64,000 nucleotides of DNA from Heterodontus francisci (GCF_036365525.1 NC_090404.1:13606550-13670549); one strand, 5' to 3'; positions 1 to 13,111 are shown, numbered from the stretch's first letter. Numbers and translations are program-made. Notes: generated by a model not told the origin, from the sequence alone.

Positions 1-322
1 AGCAAGCTCCCACAAACAGCAACATGATAATGACCAGATAACCTGTTTTTGTGATCATGATTGAGAGATAAATATCGGCCAAGACACCAGGCAAAGCTCC
101 TTTTCTCTTCTTCAAAATAGTACCATGGGATCTTTTACATCCACTCAAAGAAGCAGACACGGCCTCAGTTTAACATCTCAACTGAAAAAAACAGCACCTC
201 AGCGCTCCCTCAGTACTGCACTACAGTGCCAGCCTTGACTTCTGTGCTCAACCCTGGGGTGGGTCTTGAACCTGTAAGCTTGTGATTCAGAGGTGAGAGT
301 GTTACCAACTGAGGCACAGCTG
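1..322 (-). mobile_element. tRNA-headed SINE (DeuSINE/SacSINE1-like)
   Basis: Body 'agcaagctcccacaaacagcaa...ccatgggatcttttac' ends in a reverse-complement tRNA-like head ('cttgaacc...gagagtgttaccaactgaggcac'). Related copies at about 9600-9990 and 44700-44900. Confidence 0.7.
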
Positions 323-1029
323 ACAGCTGCAGAAGGATGAAAAGGAACAGATTCTTTTCGGTTCCTCTGAGAAATGCTCTGTCACCTCAGATATTAGAAA
401 TCTCTGGAGTCCGCCTTGTCCTCATGGTCAACCCCCCTTTTGTGTATCAGCTCATAGTCAGTCACACGTGCCTCTGTCATGAGATTGCCACTCCTGTTTT
501 ATCACACAAATCCCTGTGCCACTCACCATAACACAGAAGCCTGCACACGGCCCAAAACATCATTGTTTCCCCGCACCTCGTCTCCCTGTTGCAATCGGGT
601 GTAAGAGTACTTCCTCAATGTAAGAGTACTTGCAGTAAAAACAGCCTCTGTTATTGATGCACTGGAGCAGGCCTCTGTGATTATTATTATACCAGGTCTG
701 CCCCGGGCTCTGCAGTCAGAACTCCCTTCACAAATCCAAGGGTAAAGAGATTTTTTTTTAGGTGTGGGCAACACGTCAAACCTGCAATGATGTTTTGGGA
801 ACCCCTGCCTCGCTGGATGGAGAAACTGTACTGAATTTCTCTGTCTGCCATTCCCCTTCCTCCTTCTGAGTCTAAGAAAATAGTGAGTTGAAGAACAGAA
901 AGACCTGCATTTATATTGCCACCAGCAGCAGCGGCCTAGATTATGTGGTCGAGTCTCTGGAGTGGGGCTTAAACACACAACCTTCAGATTCAGGGGTGAA
1001 AGGGTCACCAATTAGACAATGCTAACATC

Positions 1030-1700
1030 ATCTGTTCTCAGTTGCCATTACATTGAACAGTGCCTGTGTTATTACACTAACCCCATCTCATTCAGACTGC
1101 AGTGGCCCTTGACTCTGTTATTAGGTAAAGAATTTGCTATTATATCAATAGATTCTGACTCACGCTCACTATTATATGAGACCGGAACTTTGGTTTTGGT
1201 GGACTAGATACCGACTGTGTTATCATCACTCTGGATCTACTGATGTGCTCGGTAATACACTGCAGCTCGCCTCTGTTATTTCTGGATCAAACACTGACTT
1301 TGTTACACTCAAAGGAAGCCACCTCTTTGCTGTTGCACTCGGGTCCTGCCTCCACTCTTATTGTATTCGACCCTGTCTCTGTAATTGTTACACTTATACC
1401 CTGTCACTGTTATTATTCGAACAAACACCCGTCTGTTATTCCAATCCTAGTGTCCGCCTCCATTATTATTATTATCATAAACCTTGTCCCTATCAGTTTT
1501 CAATCAGAATCTGTTTCTGCTATTGTTAAAGTTGACCCTACTTCTGTTCGTGTTACACTGTGGCCACTTTATTGTACAAAGTTTTGTTTCAACTATTATT
1601 CCAGAAAGGCATGTTTCTTCTAGTTTGACCTTAGATCCGGTCTCCCTATTAGTATTGCACTTGCCCAGATCTCTGTTTTTATTACACGACATTAAACAAT
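1030..1700. repeat. Degenerate ~27-bp minisatellite (ctgttattacactagaccctgtct-like)
   Basis: Recurring 'gtctctgttatt..cact.gaccc' units. This is the reverse complement of the array at 3370-5750. Confidence 0.65.
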
Positions 1701-2631
1701 CTGCAATTACAGTTTGAATACAAAGAAATAAAATGCAGAAAAAATCCTGTGAAATACTTACATGTCTCCGTGGAACGACCTCGCGATCATTAAGGATCTA
1801 TTTTGTACGCACACACACTCATACACACTCGGATATAATAACACACTATGTGCTCTCATTTCAGTTTTTCCTATTGATGGAGATGAGAGAGGATATTAGG
1901 ACACTGCGGTGGCCCATCGCCCGGTAATGTGAGGTCACTGTTCCAAGCTGTTTGTAGCACAATCACAAGGTCTGGTGAAAACTAAATGAAAAATCCTGCA
2001 GGGACAAAAAAAACCCTTAACATTAAAAACCGAGCAATTGTCACAGTACAACACAAGTGTGAATAAGTAAACTTTAAGACAACAGAGTTTCTCACTAAGC
2101 AATGTGAAGTGCAGTACACTGTTGCTCAGCTTAAGTCCTGTCCCTCAACCCCAGTACATTTCTGGAAGATTGGTACAAGAGTCACCCCATCATCTGAACA
2201 CAAATATTACCACATAACCCCGGAACAATTAGCAATTACACACAGCTGCTGATCACTATTAACACGATTAAACTTATTCTTTCATACATAAAATGGTTAC
2301 ACCCTCCCACAATCACAGATATATGAGGTAGAAGTTGTTCTCAGGCAGTGGCACAGACAGGGCTGTAACGGAGTGACTGCCTGGTCGAGGCAGCACCTAA
2401 TATTGAATAGACTGTAATGAAACTGAATATCAGGGGTGGCTAAGAACGGGTGGACAATCCGATAGCGACCGTGTTGGGCTGTCGCTGGAGACCAGTTTCC
2501 AGTCCAACATCTTTATTCATAATAATATCTTTTCATCTCATGGAGACATGGCCTAGTTCAGTGATAACCTAGGCAGGTTCTAGTGTAATAGAAACTGAGA
2601 AAAGGTTGAGTGTAATATAAACAGAGACATG

Positions 2632-3364
2632 GGGCTGAATTCTACAGTCCCTGCAACGTCGTGAGTCGCGGCGGGGAGCTGTAAAAATGCCCCTGGGAAA
2701 CGGTCGCCAAGCACCCTGATGCCGGGAGTGTCCATCCAATATTGCTGGAGGCAGTGAGGCCTCATGGCGGCCCTCCCACTGCGCGGCGACGGACTGCCAT
2801 TTAAATATTTATATATATTAAAATCATTGAATTAATTATATTCACATTCCTGCCGTCTGTCCCGGTGCGATCTTCGTGCCGCTGGTGGGCACTCCCATCC
2901 GGGTAAACGAGGTGGAACAGATGTGGGGAGGTAGTTTCTCTGTGTGGGGTGCGGGGAGCGAAGTCAATGTAATATCATTGGTATAGAGGATGGTGGGAAG
3001 GGTTAGAGATTAAAGTTGATGTACTTTGGGGGAGGAAGGTCAGGTGGATAAGGTAAGTGTTTTTTGGGGGAGAGGGCAAGTAATTAATTCTATGGCTATT
3101 GGTTGGGGGTGGGGTAGTTGGCTAAAATATATGTTTATAATATTTTTAATTCAATGGCTCTTTAAAATTTTAAATTGAACGGTAGGGCTCGGAGTTCTTT
3201 AAAAATGGCGTCAGCAGCTGCGCACAGACAACTGACGCCATTGCTGGGGGCAGACAGCCCGCCCCCTCCATGTCAATGGCGGGAAGGCCCGCCCCGGCTA
3301 GTTAAATGAGCCGCCGCCGCACGGGCGGGCTGCTATTGTTCGGCGGGGTTATAAACTTGAGCCT
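2632..3364. mobile_element. Non-autonomous DNA transposon / MITE, GC-rich
   Basis: Imperfect terminal inverted repeats 'gggctgaattcta' and 'tataaacttgagcc' bound a GC-rich block that interrupts the minisatellite. Confidence 0.45.
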
Positions 3365-3369
3365 AACAA

Positions 3370-5750
3370 AGACATGGTCTAGTGTAGTACAAGCAGAGAC
3401 ATGGTGAAGTCCAATGATACTTGAGACAGGGTCGAGTGTAATATAAACAGACACAGGGTCTAGTTTAATATGAACAGAGTGTCCAGTGTTATATAAACAG
3501 ACACAGGGCCTAGTGCAGTAAGTACTGAGATAGGGTCTAGTGTAATATAATTAGATACAAGGCCTAGTGCGGTAAGTAGAGAGACAGAGTCTAGCGTCAT
3601 ATAAACAGAGACAGGGCAAATTCCGGTGATAACTGAGACATGGTCTAGTGTAATATAAACTGCGACAGGGTTTAGTGTTATATAAACAGACACAGGGTCT
3701 AGTTCAATATAAACAGAGACAGAGTCTAGTGTAAAAGAACAGAGACAGGGCCTAGTGCAGTAAGAACAGAGATAGGGTCTAGTGTAATGTAAACAGAGAC
3801 ATGGTGAAGTCCAGTGATAACTGACACAGGGTCTCGTGTAATATAAACTGAGGCAGGATCTAGGGGTCTAGTGTAATATAAACAGATACCGGGTCTAGGA
3901 TAACATAAACAGAGACAGGGCCTAGTTTAATATAAACAGAGCCAGGGCCAAATGTAATAATAACAGAAACAGGGTCTACATAAATATAAACAGAGATGGG
4001 GTCTAGTGTATTATAAACAGAGACAAGGCCTTGTTTAATATGATTACAAACAGGGTATCATATCACACAAACAGAGATGGCGTCTAGTGTAATATAAAGA
4101 GAGGCAGGGTCTACATTAATATAAACAGAGATGCTGTCTAGTGTAGTATAAACAGAGACAGGGTCCAGTGCAATATCAACAGAGAGAGAGAGAGAGAGAT
4201 CCTACTATAATATAACCACAATATTAATGAAGAGAGAGGGCTTAGTTAAATACCAACAGAGATATGTTCCAGTGCAATAGTAACAGGGACACGGTCCCAA
4301 GTAGTATAAACGGAGACATTGACTAGTTCAGCATTAATGGAGACTGGGTTTAGTGTAGTATAAACAGACACAGGGTTTGGTGCAGCTATTACTGAGACTT
4401 TGCCGAATTTAATATAACCAGAGTCATAGTCCTATGCAGTAACAGCTGAGACTGGGTCGAGTGCAGTAATAACTGAGAGAGGGACTGGTGCAAACTGATC
4501 AGAGATAGACTCTGATATAAACAGGAATAGGGTCTTGTGCAGCGCCTGTTTCATGTAATGTTTACAATCGGGCTTTCACTGACACCTCGTGGTTGTGTTT
4601 GACCATTGCTCCTATTGTGAAAATGTCGAGACAGGGCCCAGTGCACCAATTATTGATACAGGACCTACAGTAATATAAACCAACACTGGGCCTAGTCAGT
4701 AATAATTAAGGCAGGGTCTAGTGCAGTAAAATTGAGGTTGGGTCTCGTGTAGTAATAACTGACACGGTCTAGTGTAATTTAAGCAGATACACGATCTAGT
4801 GTAGTATGAAATGAGTCGAGTACAGTAATAATTGAGACAGATTCTTGTGTCATGTTAACAGGGACATCCTATAGTGCAGTCATAAGTGAGCCAGGTCTAG
4901 TATAAGAAAAACGGAGACAAGGTCCAGTGTAGTTTTAAACGACATTGTGTAATATAAACAGAGACACACCCTAGTGCAGTATTACTGATACAGGACCTCG
5001 ATTTCTATGAGCTGAGATATGGACAAATGCAGCAATAGGTAAGACAGGGTTACATGTAGTAGTAACAGAGAGATCGTTCAGTACAGTAATAACAGAGACG
5101 GGAAATTGTGTGATATAAACAGAAACGTGGTCGAGTGCAGCAATAACCTAAACAGGGTATTGTGTGGTACAAGCAGAAACATGGTCCAGTATATTACCAC
5201 CTGAGATTGGGCCAAATAAATGAGGCATGGACTGATTTTATATGATCAGAGTCAACGTTTGTTGCAATACAAATAGGACAATGACCTATGTGTAACATAA
5301 ACAGAGACGACATCTGATACAATATTGACTGAAGCAGGTTCTAGCTTAATATAAACTGAGACCGAGTCAAGTACAATATAAACAGAAACAAAAACAAGAA
5401 ATGCTGGATTCACTCAGCAGGTCTGGCAGCATCTGTGGAAAGAGAAGCAGAGTTAACGTTTCGGGTCAGTGACCCTTCTTCGGAAGTTCAGTTCCGAAGA
5501 AGGGTCACTGAACCGAAACGTTAACTCTGCTTCTCTTTCCACAGATGCTGCCAGACCTGCTGAGTGAATCCAGCATTTCTTGTTTTTGTTTCAGATTTCC
5601 AGCATCCGCAGTATTTTGCTTTTACAATATAAACAGAGACAGCCTCTACTGTAATGTAAACAGAGACAAGGTCTAGAGCAGTAATAACTGAGACAGGGCC
5701 GAGTGTAATGTAAACAGAGACAGGATCTGGAGCAGTAATAACTGAGGCAG
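3370..5750. repeat. ~27-bp minisatellite array (acagagacagggtctagtgtaatataa)n
   Basis: Many degenerate tandem copies are directly visible. Further patches at about 7750-7990 and 38690-39010. Confidence 0.85.
5385..5622. mobile_element. Penelope-like element 3' fragment with inverted copy (101-bp-arm palindrome)
   Basis: Arms 5385-5485 and 5492-5592 are near-perfect reverse complements. Flanked by the direct repeat tacaatataaacag (5372-5385, 5623-5636). Nearly identical to the 3' end of the insertion in CH3. Confidence 0.85.
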
Positions 5751-6609
5751 CGCCTGTTTCATGTAATGTAAATAATCGGGCTTTCACTGACACCTAGTGG
5801 TTTTGTTTGGCCATTGCTCCTGTTGCGAAAATGTCGATGTCAGTTACTGCTTCTGATATTAATACACCAAGAAACAACATGCATTGATGTACCAGCTCAT
5901 CACCTTCTCTACGAGGTCCCAAAATTTGTGGTGCAACTAATTCCAGATGAACGTGGCCGATTTGTGTGCAGAGACATCAATAATAGAGCAAAGTGGCTGA
6001 ACTCTGGTTAATGCATTTTCGTTGATCTTGGCTGAAGGAGTTGCGGCACTTCTGACAGAACCTGCCTGTCAAGGATTGGTCTTCACAGCCATCAGCAATG
6101 GTGCACCAAGAGATGACACCCCACCTAAATGGATCGTTTGCTGCAAGTCCATCATCTTTCGTAGATGGAAGGATATCAAACCATGGTTGAAGGGAGGATT
6201 GTTGACCCAGGCACAGTGTGGGGACCATGGGAGCTTTAATATCCACATCAACAGACAAGTGGAAGGGGGAGGGGAGAGATTATTGGTTCATGATATCACC
6301 GGAAAGACAGTGGGGACGAATTCCCCGATACCTTAAGTGCTAAGGAGCCTCCAGTGGATATTAAGCGGAAGCATTGATGTATCCCGTGTTTAGCGCAAGG
6401 TGCCATTTTGGTAAAGGAGTTGACGCTTGTGATAGGATCAGCCACCAGGAGGATCATTCAGCCACTGATTGTCACTGAAGTTGCCAGTTAGTGCTCATTA
6501 AAGAGGCTGCGCTCCATTTTGGTAACTAGCGCTTGACCGACCTTTTCTAAGCAGCAACTAGCTCATTGGGAATAAACAAGTCGCTGCAGAGGTTTACAGC
6601 GCTACTTTT

Positions 6610-6955
6610 GTTTATTCATTCATGGGATGTGGGCGTCACTGGCTCTGCCAGCATTTATTGCCCATCCCTAATTACCCTTGAGGAGGTGGTGGTGAGCTGC
6701 CTTCTTGAACCGCTGCAGTCCATGTGAGGTAGCTAAACCCACAGTGCTGTTAGGAAGGGAGTTCCAGGATTTTGACCCAGCGACAGTGAGGGAACGGCGA
6801 TATAGTTCCAAGTCAGGATGGTGTATGGCTTGGAGGGGAACTTGCAGGTGGTGATGTTCCCATGCATCTGCTGCTCTTGTCCTTCGAGGTGGTAGAGGTC
6901 GCGGGTTTGGAAGGTGCTGTCGAGTGAGCCTTGGTGCGTTGCTGCAGTGCATCTT
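6610..6955 (-). mobile_element. LINE 3' fragment (CR1/L2-like)
   Basis: ORF MHCSNAPRLTRQHLPNP...RFKKAAHHHLLKGN matches the 3' end of the LINE at 43922-44430. Confidence 0.8.
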
Positions 6956-8039
6956 GTTATATTATACCAGGCCGTGTCTCCGTTATTTTACGGCACCAGA
7001 CAATTTCACTGTTCTATGGATAGATGGATATGAATATAAATTAAAATGTATGTCTCTGTGTGGGGGTGCAATCATTGTTAGTTGGAAGCATACGTTTAAT
7101 CTTGTGAATAGCGATCAGCAGCTGTGTGCAATTTCTAATTTCCCCCGTATTATGTGGGTAATAGTTGTGTTGAAAACATGGAGTGAATCTTGTAACAATT
7201 TCCCAGGAATGAACTGGAATTGAGGGACAGGCCTAAAGGTGAGCAATCGTGAACTGCACTTTGCACTACTTAGTGAGAAACTGTTGTGTAAAAGTTTTCT
7301 AATTTACACTTGTGTTGTACTGTGATAATTTCTCACGGTTTCTTTTTCTTGTTAAGGATTGTTTTTTTTTTCCTGCAGGATTTTCTATTCAGCTTTCGTC
7401 TGACCCACAGACAGGGTCTGGGACCGTGACCACACAACACAGCCGTATGGGCTGCTGCAGGATCTTAAACTCCACTATTGCTCCGGCTCTCGGCTGCTAG
7501 ATTGGAATAACCTGAAACTAACCGAGTGTGCGCGCGCGCGCACACACACACACATATGTGTGTGTATGTGTATATGTGTGTATATATATAGTTTGTGTGT
7601 GTAGAAAGCACGTTATTATTAATATTTAAAAGTGGATTTGACAAGGATAGATTATCTTCGCAAGTTATGTTTTAGCATTTTATTTCCTGCTATTCAAAAT
7701 GTAATTTCATATTATTCAATACATCTGACTAAGGCTCTAAATTTATTGTGCAAGACGATTTCGCTGTTTATATTACACTATGTCACGTCTTTGACTGTAT
7801 TACACAAGACATCGTTTCAGTTATTACTGCACTCGACTACGGCTGTGTTTCTCTATTACACGAGATACTGTGTTATTTATTACTACATTGCACAATGTGT
7901 CAATTTTTATTGCATTAGATCCTGTCTCAGCTATTACTACACCGCGCCATGTATCTGATTATATTATCTCAGTTCTCATTACCCGACGACATAGAGCACT
8001 CCAGTAGAAAAATAATGATTATGATAAACTTCTACAAAG

Positions 8040-9280
8040 CACCAGTAGGCCTCAGCTGCAGTGTTGTGTCCAGTTGTGGAGACCACATTTTCAGAAGCAC
8101 ACCGAGGCCTTGGAGAGGGTTCAGAAAAGATTTTCTAAAATGGTACCAGGGATGAAAGATTTCAGTTACGTGGAGAAGCTGAGGTTACTCTACTGAGAGG
8201 AGAGAAGGTGAAAAGAAGATTTCATTGAGGGGTTCAAAATCATGAAGTGTTTTGATAGAATAAATAAACTGAAAATAGTTCCAGTGCCAGAAGGGTGGAT
8301 GACCAGAGAGCACAGATTCAAGGTAAATAGCAAAGTAACCAAAGGCTACATATAAATGACTTGGATCTTGGAATATGGAGTAGAATCTCAAAATTTGCAG
8401 ATGACCCCAACTTGTAGGTATGGCAAACAGTGAAGGTGATATTAACCGTCTACAACAGGATATGGATAGGCCAGAAAAGTGGGCAGATAAGTGGCAGATG
8501 GAATTTAAGGCTGACAAATGTGAGGTAATATATTTCGACAGAAGGAATAGGGAGAGGCAATATATAACTAAAGGCATAGTTTTAAAGTATGTGCAGGAAC
8601 AGAGGGACCAGGAGGTGCGTGTGCATCGATCTTTGACAGTGGCAGGACATATTGAGAGTGAGGTTAGTAAAGCATATGGGATCTTGGTCTTCATAGACAG
8701 GGGCATTGAGTACAAAAGCAGATAAGTTATGCTGAACGTTTATAAAGCTCGGGTTCGGCGCCCACTGGAGTATTGCATCCAGTTCTGGTCACCACTCTTT
8801 TGGAATGATATGCGGGCCCTTGAGAGAGATTTATCAGAATGGTTCCAGGTATGAAGAAATTTAGTTACAAGGTTAGGTCATTCTCCTTAGAAAAAGAAGT
8901 TTGAGGAGAGATTTAATAGAAATGTAAAAGATTATGATAGACTTAGGTAAGTTAGACAAGGAACAACTGTTCACATTAACGAATGGTACAAGGACTGGGT
9001 GACACAGATTGCAGGTTTTGGATATCAGATGCAGGGGAAGAATTTTGTTACACAGTGGGTGGCAATGACCTGGAGCTTGTTGCCCACAAGCGTGGTGCAA
9101 GCGGAGACAAGAAGTGACTACAAAAGGAAATTTGGTGGCCACTTGAAGGAAATAAACTTGCAGGGCTACGAGGATTGAGCAGGGGAGTGGGACTGACTGA
9201 AGCTCTGTGGAGAGCCGTCATGAATTCGATGGGTCGAATGGCCTCGTTCTGTGCCGTAAATGACTCCATAACTCTATGAC
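8040..9280 (+). mobile_element. CR1-like LINE, decayed RT 3' part
   Basis: LQQDMDR..KWADKWQMEF..KCEV and RGIEYKS motifs, interrupted by stops and frameshifts. Confidence 0.85.
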
Positions 9281-10172
9281 ACTAGGTGATATGAGGGAGA
9301 AGATAAATGACAGAGAGAATTGTTATGATCTAGAATGCACTGCCTGAAAGGGTCGTTGAAGCAGATTTAATAGTAATTTTTAGAAAGGAATTTAATGAAT
9401 ATTTCAAATGAATAAAAATTGCAGGGCTCTGAGGAAATAGCAGGGAGTAGTGGAATAATTAGATAGTTCTCTCAAAGAGCTGGTACAGTCCTGAAGGGCT
9501 GAATGGCCTCCTTCTCAGCTTTATCATTCCAGGAGTGTAAGATTTACTGGCTCAATCCAACACACCTTTTTTGTACACCTATTGTTATGAAACAAAATGC
9601 ACGAAAGAAAAAGTTGCATTTCTATAGAGACTTTCACGACCACAGGACGTCTCAAAGGCTTTGCAGCCAATGGACTACTTGTGAATTAAGAGCAGGCCAG
9701 CTGGCCCCGCCACAAATAGCAATGCGATAATAACCAGATACTCTGCGTCAGTGTGACGTGAATTGAGGAATAAACGTTGACCAGGATACTGGCAAGAACT
9801 CCCCCGAACTGGTTCGAAGTAATACCATGGGATCCTTGATACACGAACGAGCAGACTCCGCCTCGGTTTTATGTTCCATCAGAAAGACAGTATGTATTGC
9901 CGACTGTGCAGCACTCCATTAGAATGCCAATGTAATTTTTGCGCTTATGTCCGAGAAACTGGAGCCCGCAAACTCAGAGGAAAGAGTGCCAAACTTAGCC
10001 AAAACGAGCGGTCGAAAGTCGGTGCTAATTAAAATATAGACCAAGGATTAATAGGTAAATGGAACTCCAGGTATTTAGCAGTTCAACTTCCAATATAGAT
10101 ACAGTGTTAAAACAGACAGAGTCCGGGCCTCTCAGGTAGTCCCCCGTAATGTACGGTACGGCCGGTAGTACA

Positions 10173-10360
10173 GAAATAAAAACAAGAAATGCTGGAAGAA
10201 CTCAGCAGGTCTGGCAGCATCTGTGGAGAAAGAAGCAGAGTTAACGTTTCAGGTCAGTGACCCTTCATCAGAACTGGCAAAGGTTAGAAATGTAATAGGT
10301 TCTAAGCAAATAAAGTGGGGATGGAACAAGAGATAACAAAAGGCAAGATGTTGATAGGAC
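10173..10360 (-). mobile_element. Penelope-like 3' fragment with hammerhead-ribozyme core
   Basis: Minus strand 10275-10239 reads AGTT-CTGATGA-AGGGTCACTGACCT-GAAAC-GTT-AACT. Confidence 0.7.
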
Positions 10361-12709
10361 GGGTAGTACTGAGTATGGGCGTGACCTGGAATCCAACACC
10401 GGATCAGCTCTGCCAATCTGGAAACTACACTGCATCATTCAACCATTTAGTAGGTAACCCAGAACTGTAAAATTATCCAAAAGCTGTATGGACAAAGTCG
10501 GTCGTTTTCTGCATAAGAAACTTCAGTAGACTGTGAATCGTTAAAGAATTGGTGATCATTAACAGATTGAGAAACATCATTGGTGAGAGGATTGGGAATC
10601 ATTGGTACATCGAGAAACATCAATCGGTTGCAAGTTATCAATTGTTTGAGCAAGTTGGTGGTTGTGGATCTATCAATAGATTGGGAACTATCATTGGATT
10701 GAGAATCAACCTCTGTTTGGGAAACATGATCACGAACAAAAATTTTGAAAAAGATAATTTATTTTGAAGATGATACCTCCCGCTTGTATAAGAGTAAAAT
10801 AACCTATTGATCCGGAAATGTCTCCCCGCCTGTCTGTTTCTGTTAATTGGAACAGAGACAGTTTGCTACTCCTACTGGTGGGGTACCGAGCGGGAATGGG
10901 AACTATGCACAAACCAGATTAATAATCCTAGTTTATGGGAGGCAGCCTTTTTGCAAGGGGGAGGGGTCAATCAGGAATCCATCAACTCGGCGCCATTCCC
11001 CTATAAACACATCACCAATTATACCTCAATATTAATATTACATTCTTCAGCACTTTGGAAGGGTTTCAAGGTATAGATTCAGAGCAGGAATTTGTGGTGA
11101 AAAGTAATTACTGAATATTGACTTTCTAGCATTTTACTGGAGGCTTTACATGCATACAGCAGTTTTCCCCGAAACTAAACAAGTCTAACACCGAAGTGCA
11201 ACTGGATGAAAATCAGGATTCTGCATTAACCTCATGCCATAGAGCACAGGTCTGAGAATCATGTTCAAAATTGTGATTGAAATCACTATATTCAGCAACG
11301 TCACCGACTGAGCTCTGTCCGGCTGATACACCATGTCCACTCTAACCATATGTCTCCATCCTGCTCCTATTTCATCTGTTCTTATAGTTTTGATCTACAA
11401 GGGAATCAAGGATTATGGGGGGCCGGCAGGAAAGTGAAGCTAAGGCCACAATCAGCCCAGCATGGTTTTCTTAAAAGGTTCGAGGAGCCGAATGGCTTAC
11501 TCCTGCTCCTATTTCTTATGTTCTTATCACAACGACCCTGTACCATCAACCTGAGTAAATCTTACTGAAGTCATTAGCTGAACTCGTGAGCAATTAATTC
11601 AGTGCATGAATGTTCTGAATGGAGAGGCTCTGGGGAATGTGGTTAAAGGAGTTAAGGACATTTGAATTTGCGACCACAATGTGCAATACCTACAGGATAT
11701 ATTTCACTTTGGCAATGACTTACAATGAATGTATGGCGGTACAGAATCACAGAAACGTTGCAGTGCAGAAGGAGGCCATTCGGCCCATCGCGTCCGGACT
11801 GGATCTCCAAAAGAGCAACTCAGTTCCATTCTGCGCCTTCTCCCCGTAACCCTGAACATTCTGCCTTTTCATATAACTGTCTATTTCCCTTTTTACTGCT
11901 TCAATTGAACCTGCCTCCACCACGTTCTCAGGCAGCGCATTCCAGACCTTAACCACTCGCTGCGTGACATTTTTTTTCCTCATGTCGCTTTTGCTTCCCT
12001 TACCCATTACTTCAAATCTGTGCCCTCTCGTTCTCGTTCACATAGGTACACAATTGAAAAAATAAAATTGACTTCAGTGTTGTTGCTGGGTAGATTTGTT
12101 TCTGAATAGGCCTCATTGACAATGTTTTAAAGCAGGCTTGCAGACAAGCGGTCAGTCGTGAGGAAACAGATCTTTGATTTACTGCACAGAACTCCAGATG
12201 CTTCCTGTAAATGACATTCAGTACTCGAGCTTCCCCGACGACAGTCGGCTGGGTTGCTGCCACATACAGTGTGGGGGCAAAATAGCGTGAATATGAATGG
12301 ACAAAGATGGGATTTAACTATTTAAACATGAACTTATTCAGCAGCGCTCTTACAAAACAAACAAAAAAAAAATACAGCATCACATCTAAAGAATGATCTT
12401 CGGTAAAGTCAGTGATAAAATGGGGTCGCAAAATAATAAATTGACCCACGTGACAATTAAATATAATTCTAGGTAATTAAGACTATTTATTTCGTACTGC
12501 ATGAAGTTGTAGAGAGAGGTTTTAATGACCCGTGGACACCGTATTGAGAAAAGTGGGAATCACAAAGTAAATAAATACATAGGTGGGATTGCATTGAACC
12601 CGCTGCATTTCCTTGACTTTTCTCACAGAACTGTGAATCACATTCAAACTAAAGAATCCTTTATTAGTGCTAACAGCTGCGTACTGTACAGTTTAATTTA
12701 TGATGGTTT

Positions 12710-12950
12710 GGGCTGCATATTCAGCCCTCTCATAGACAGGATACCAATGGATAGAGAAATGCCCAGTTTGTGATCCGTTTCCACAGCAGATAAAGCGTTT
12801 GTTTTTGTGATATTCTGTAGCATAAACGTTAAGTCCTGATACATTGTGTTCCTGATACCAGTGTATGTTAAACTGTTTGTCGCTATTAAAGTTAGCTGCA
12901 ATGATCTGGGTGCCGAGGGTAGATTTGCCGATCACTGCATCGGTTCTGAT
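12710..12950 (-). pseudogene. Possible heavily decayed V-domain exon
   Basis: Fragments in different frames read ...HCS..., FNIHWYQ, SIGILSMRGL and EYAA, in V-domain order. No YYC and no RSS. Confidence 0.3.
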
Positions 12951-13080
12951 TCACTAACTTCTATTTTTCAAAAGCTGATATGAATTATATGTGTCACTCC
13001 TTAATGATCAGGCAAGCGGACTTCTATCAGGTAATTTTCAAAGGAATGGCTGCGGGTCACAGAGTCAGGAGCAGCTGGAG

Positions 13081-13111
<31 letters not shown>

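Noticed and set aside
527-563. Minus-strand leader-like exon MMFWAVCRLLCY followed by gtgagt
   Set aside because: Short and weakly hydrophobic, and no V exon follows within the window.
630-700. 'EAVF-YC'-like V 3' end on the minus strand
   Set aside because: It is part of the degenerate 27-bp minisatellite.
1958-1996. RSS-like cacaatc, 23 nt, gaaaaatcc
   Set aside because: Both elements are poor matches and there is no adjacent coding segment.
3370-5750. Regular repeat array resembling CRISPR
   Set aside because: Vertebrate DNA with degenerate head-to-tail units, no unique spacers and no cas genes.
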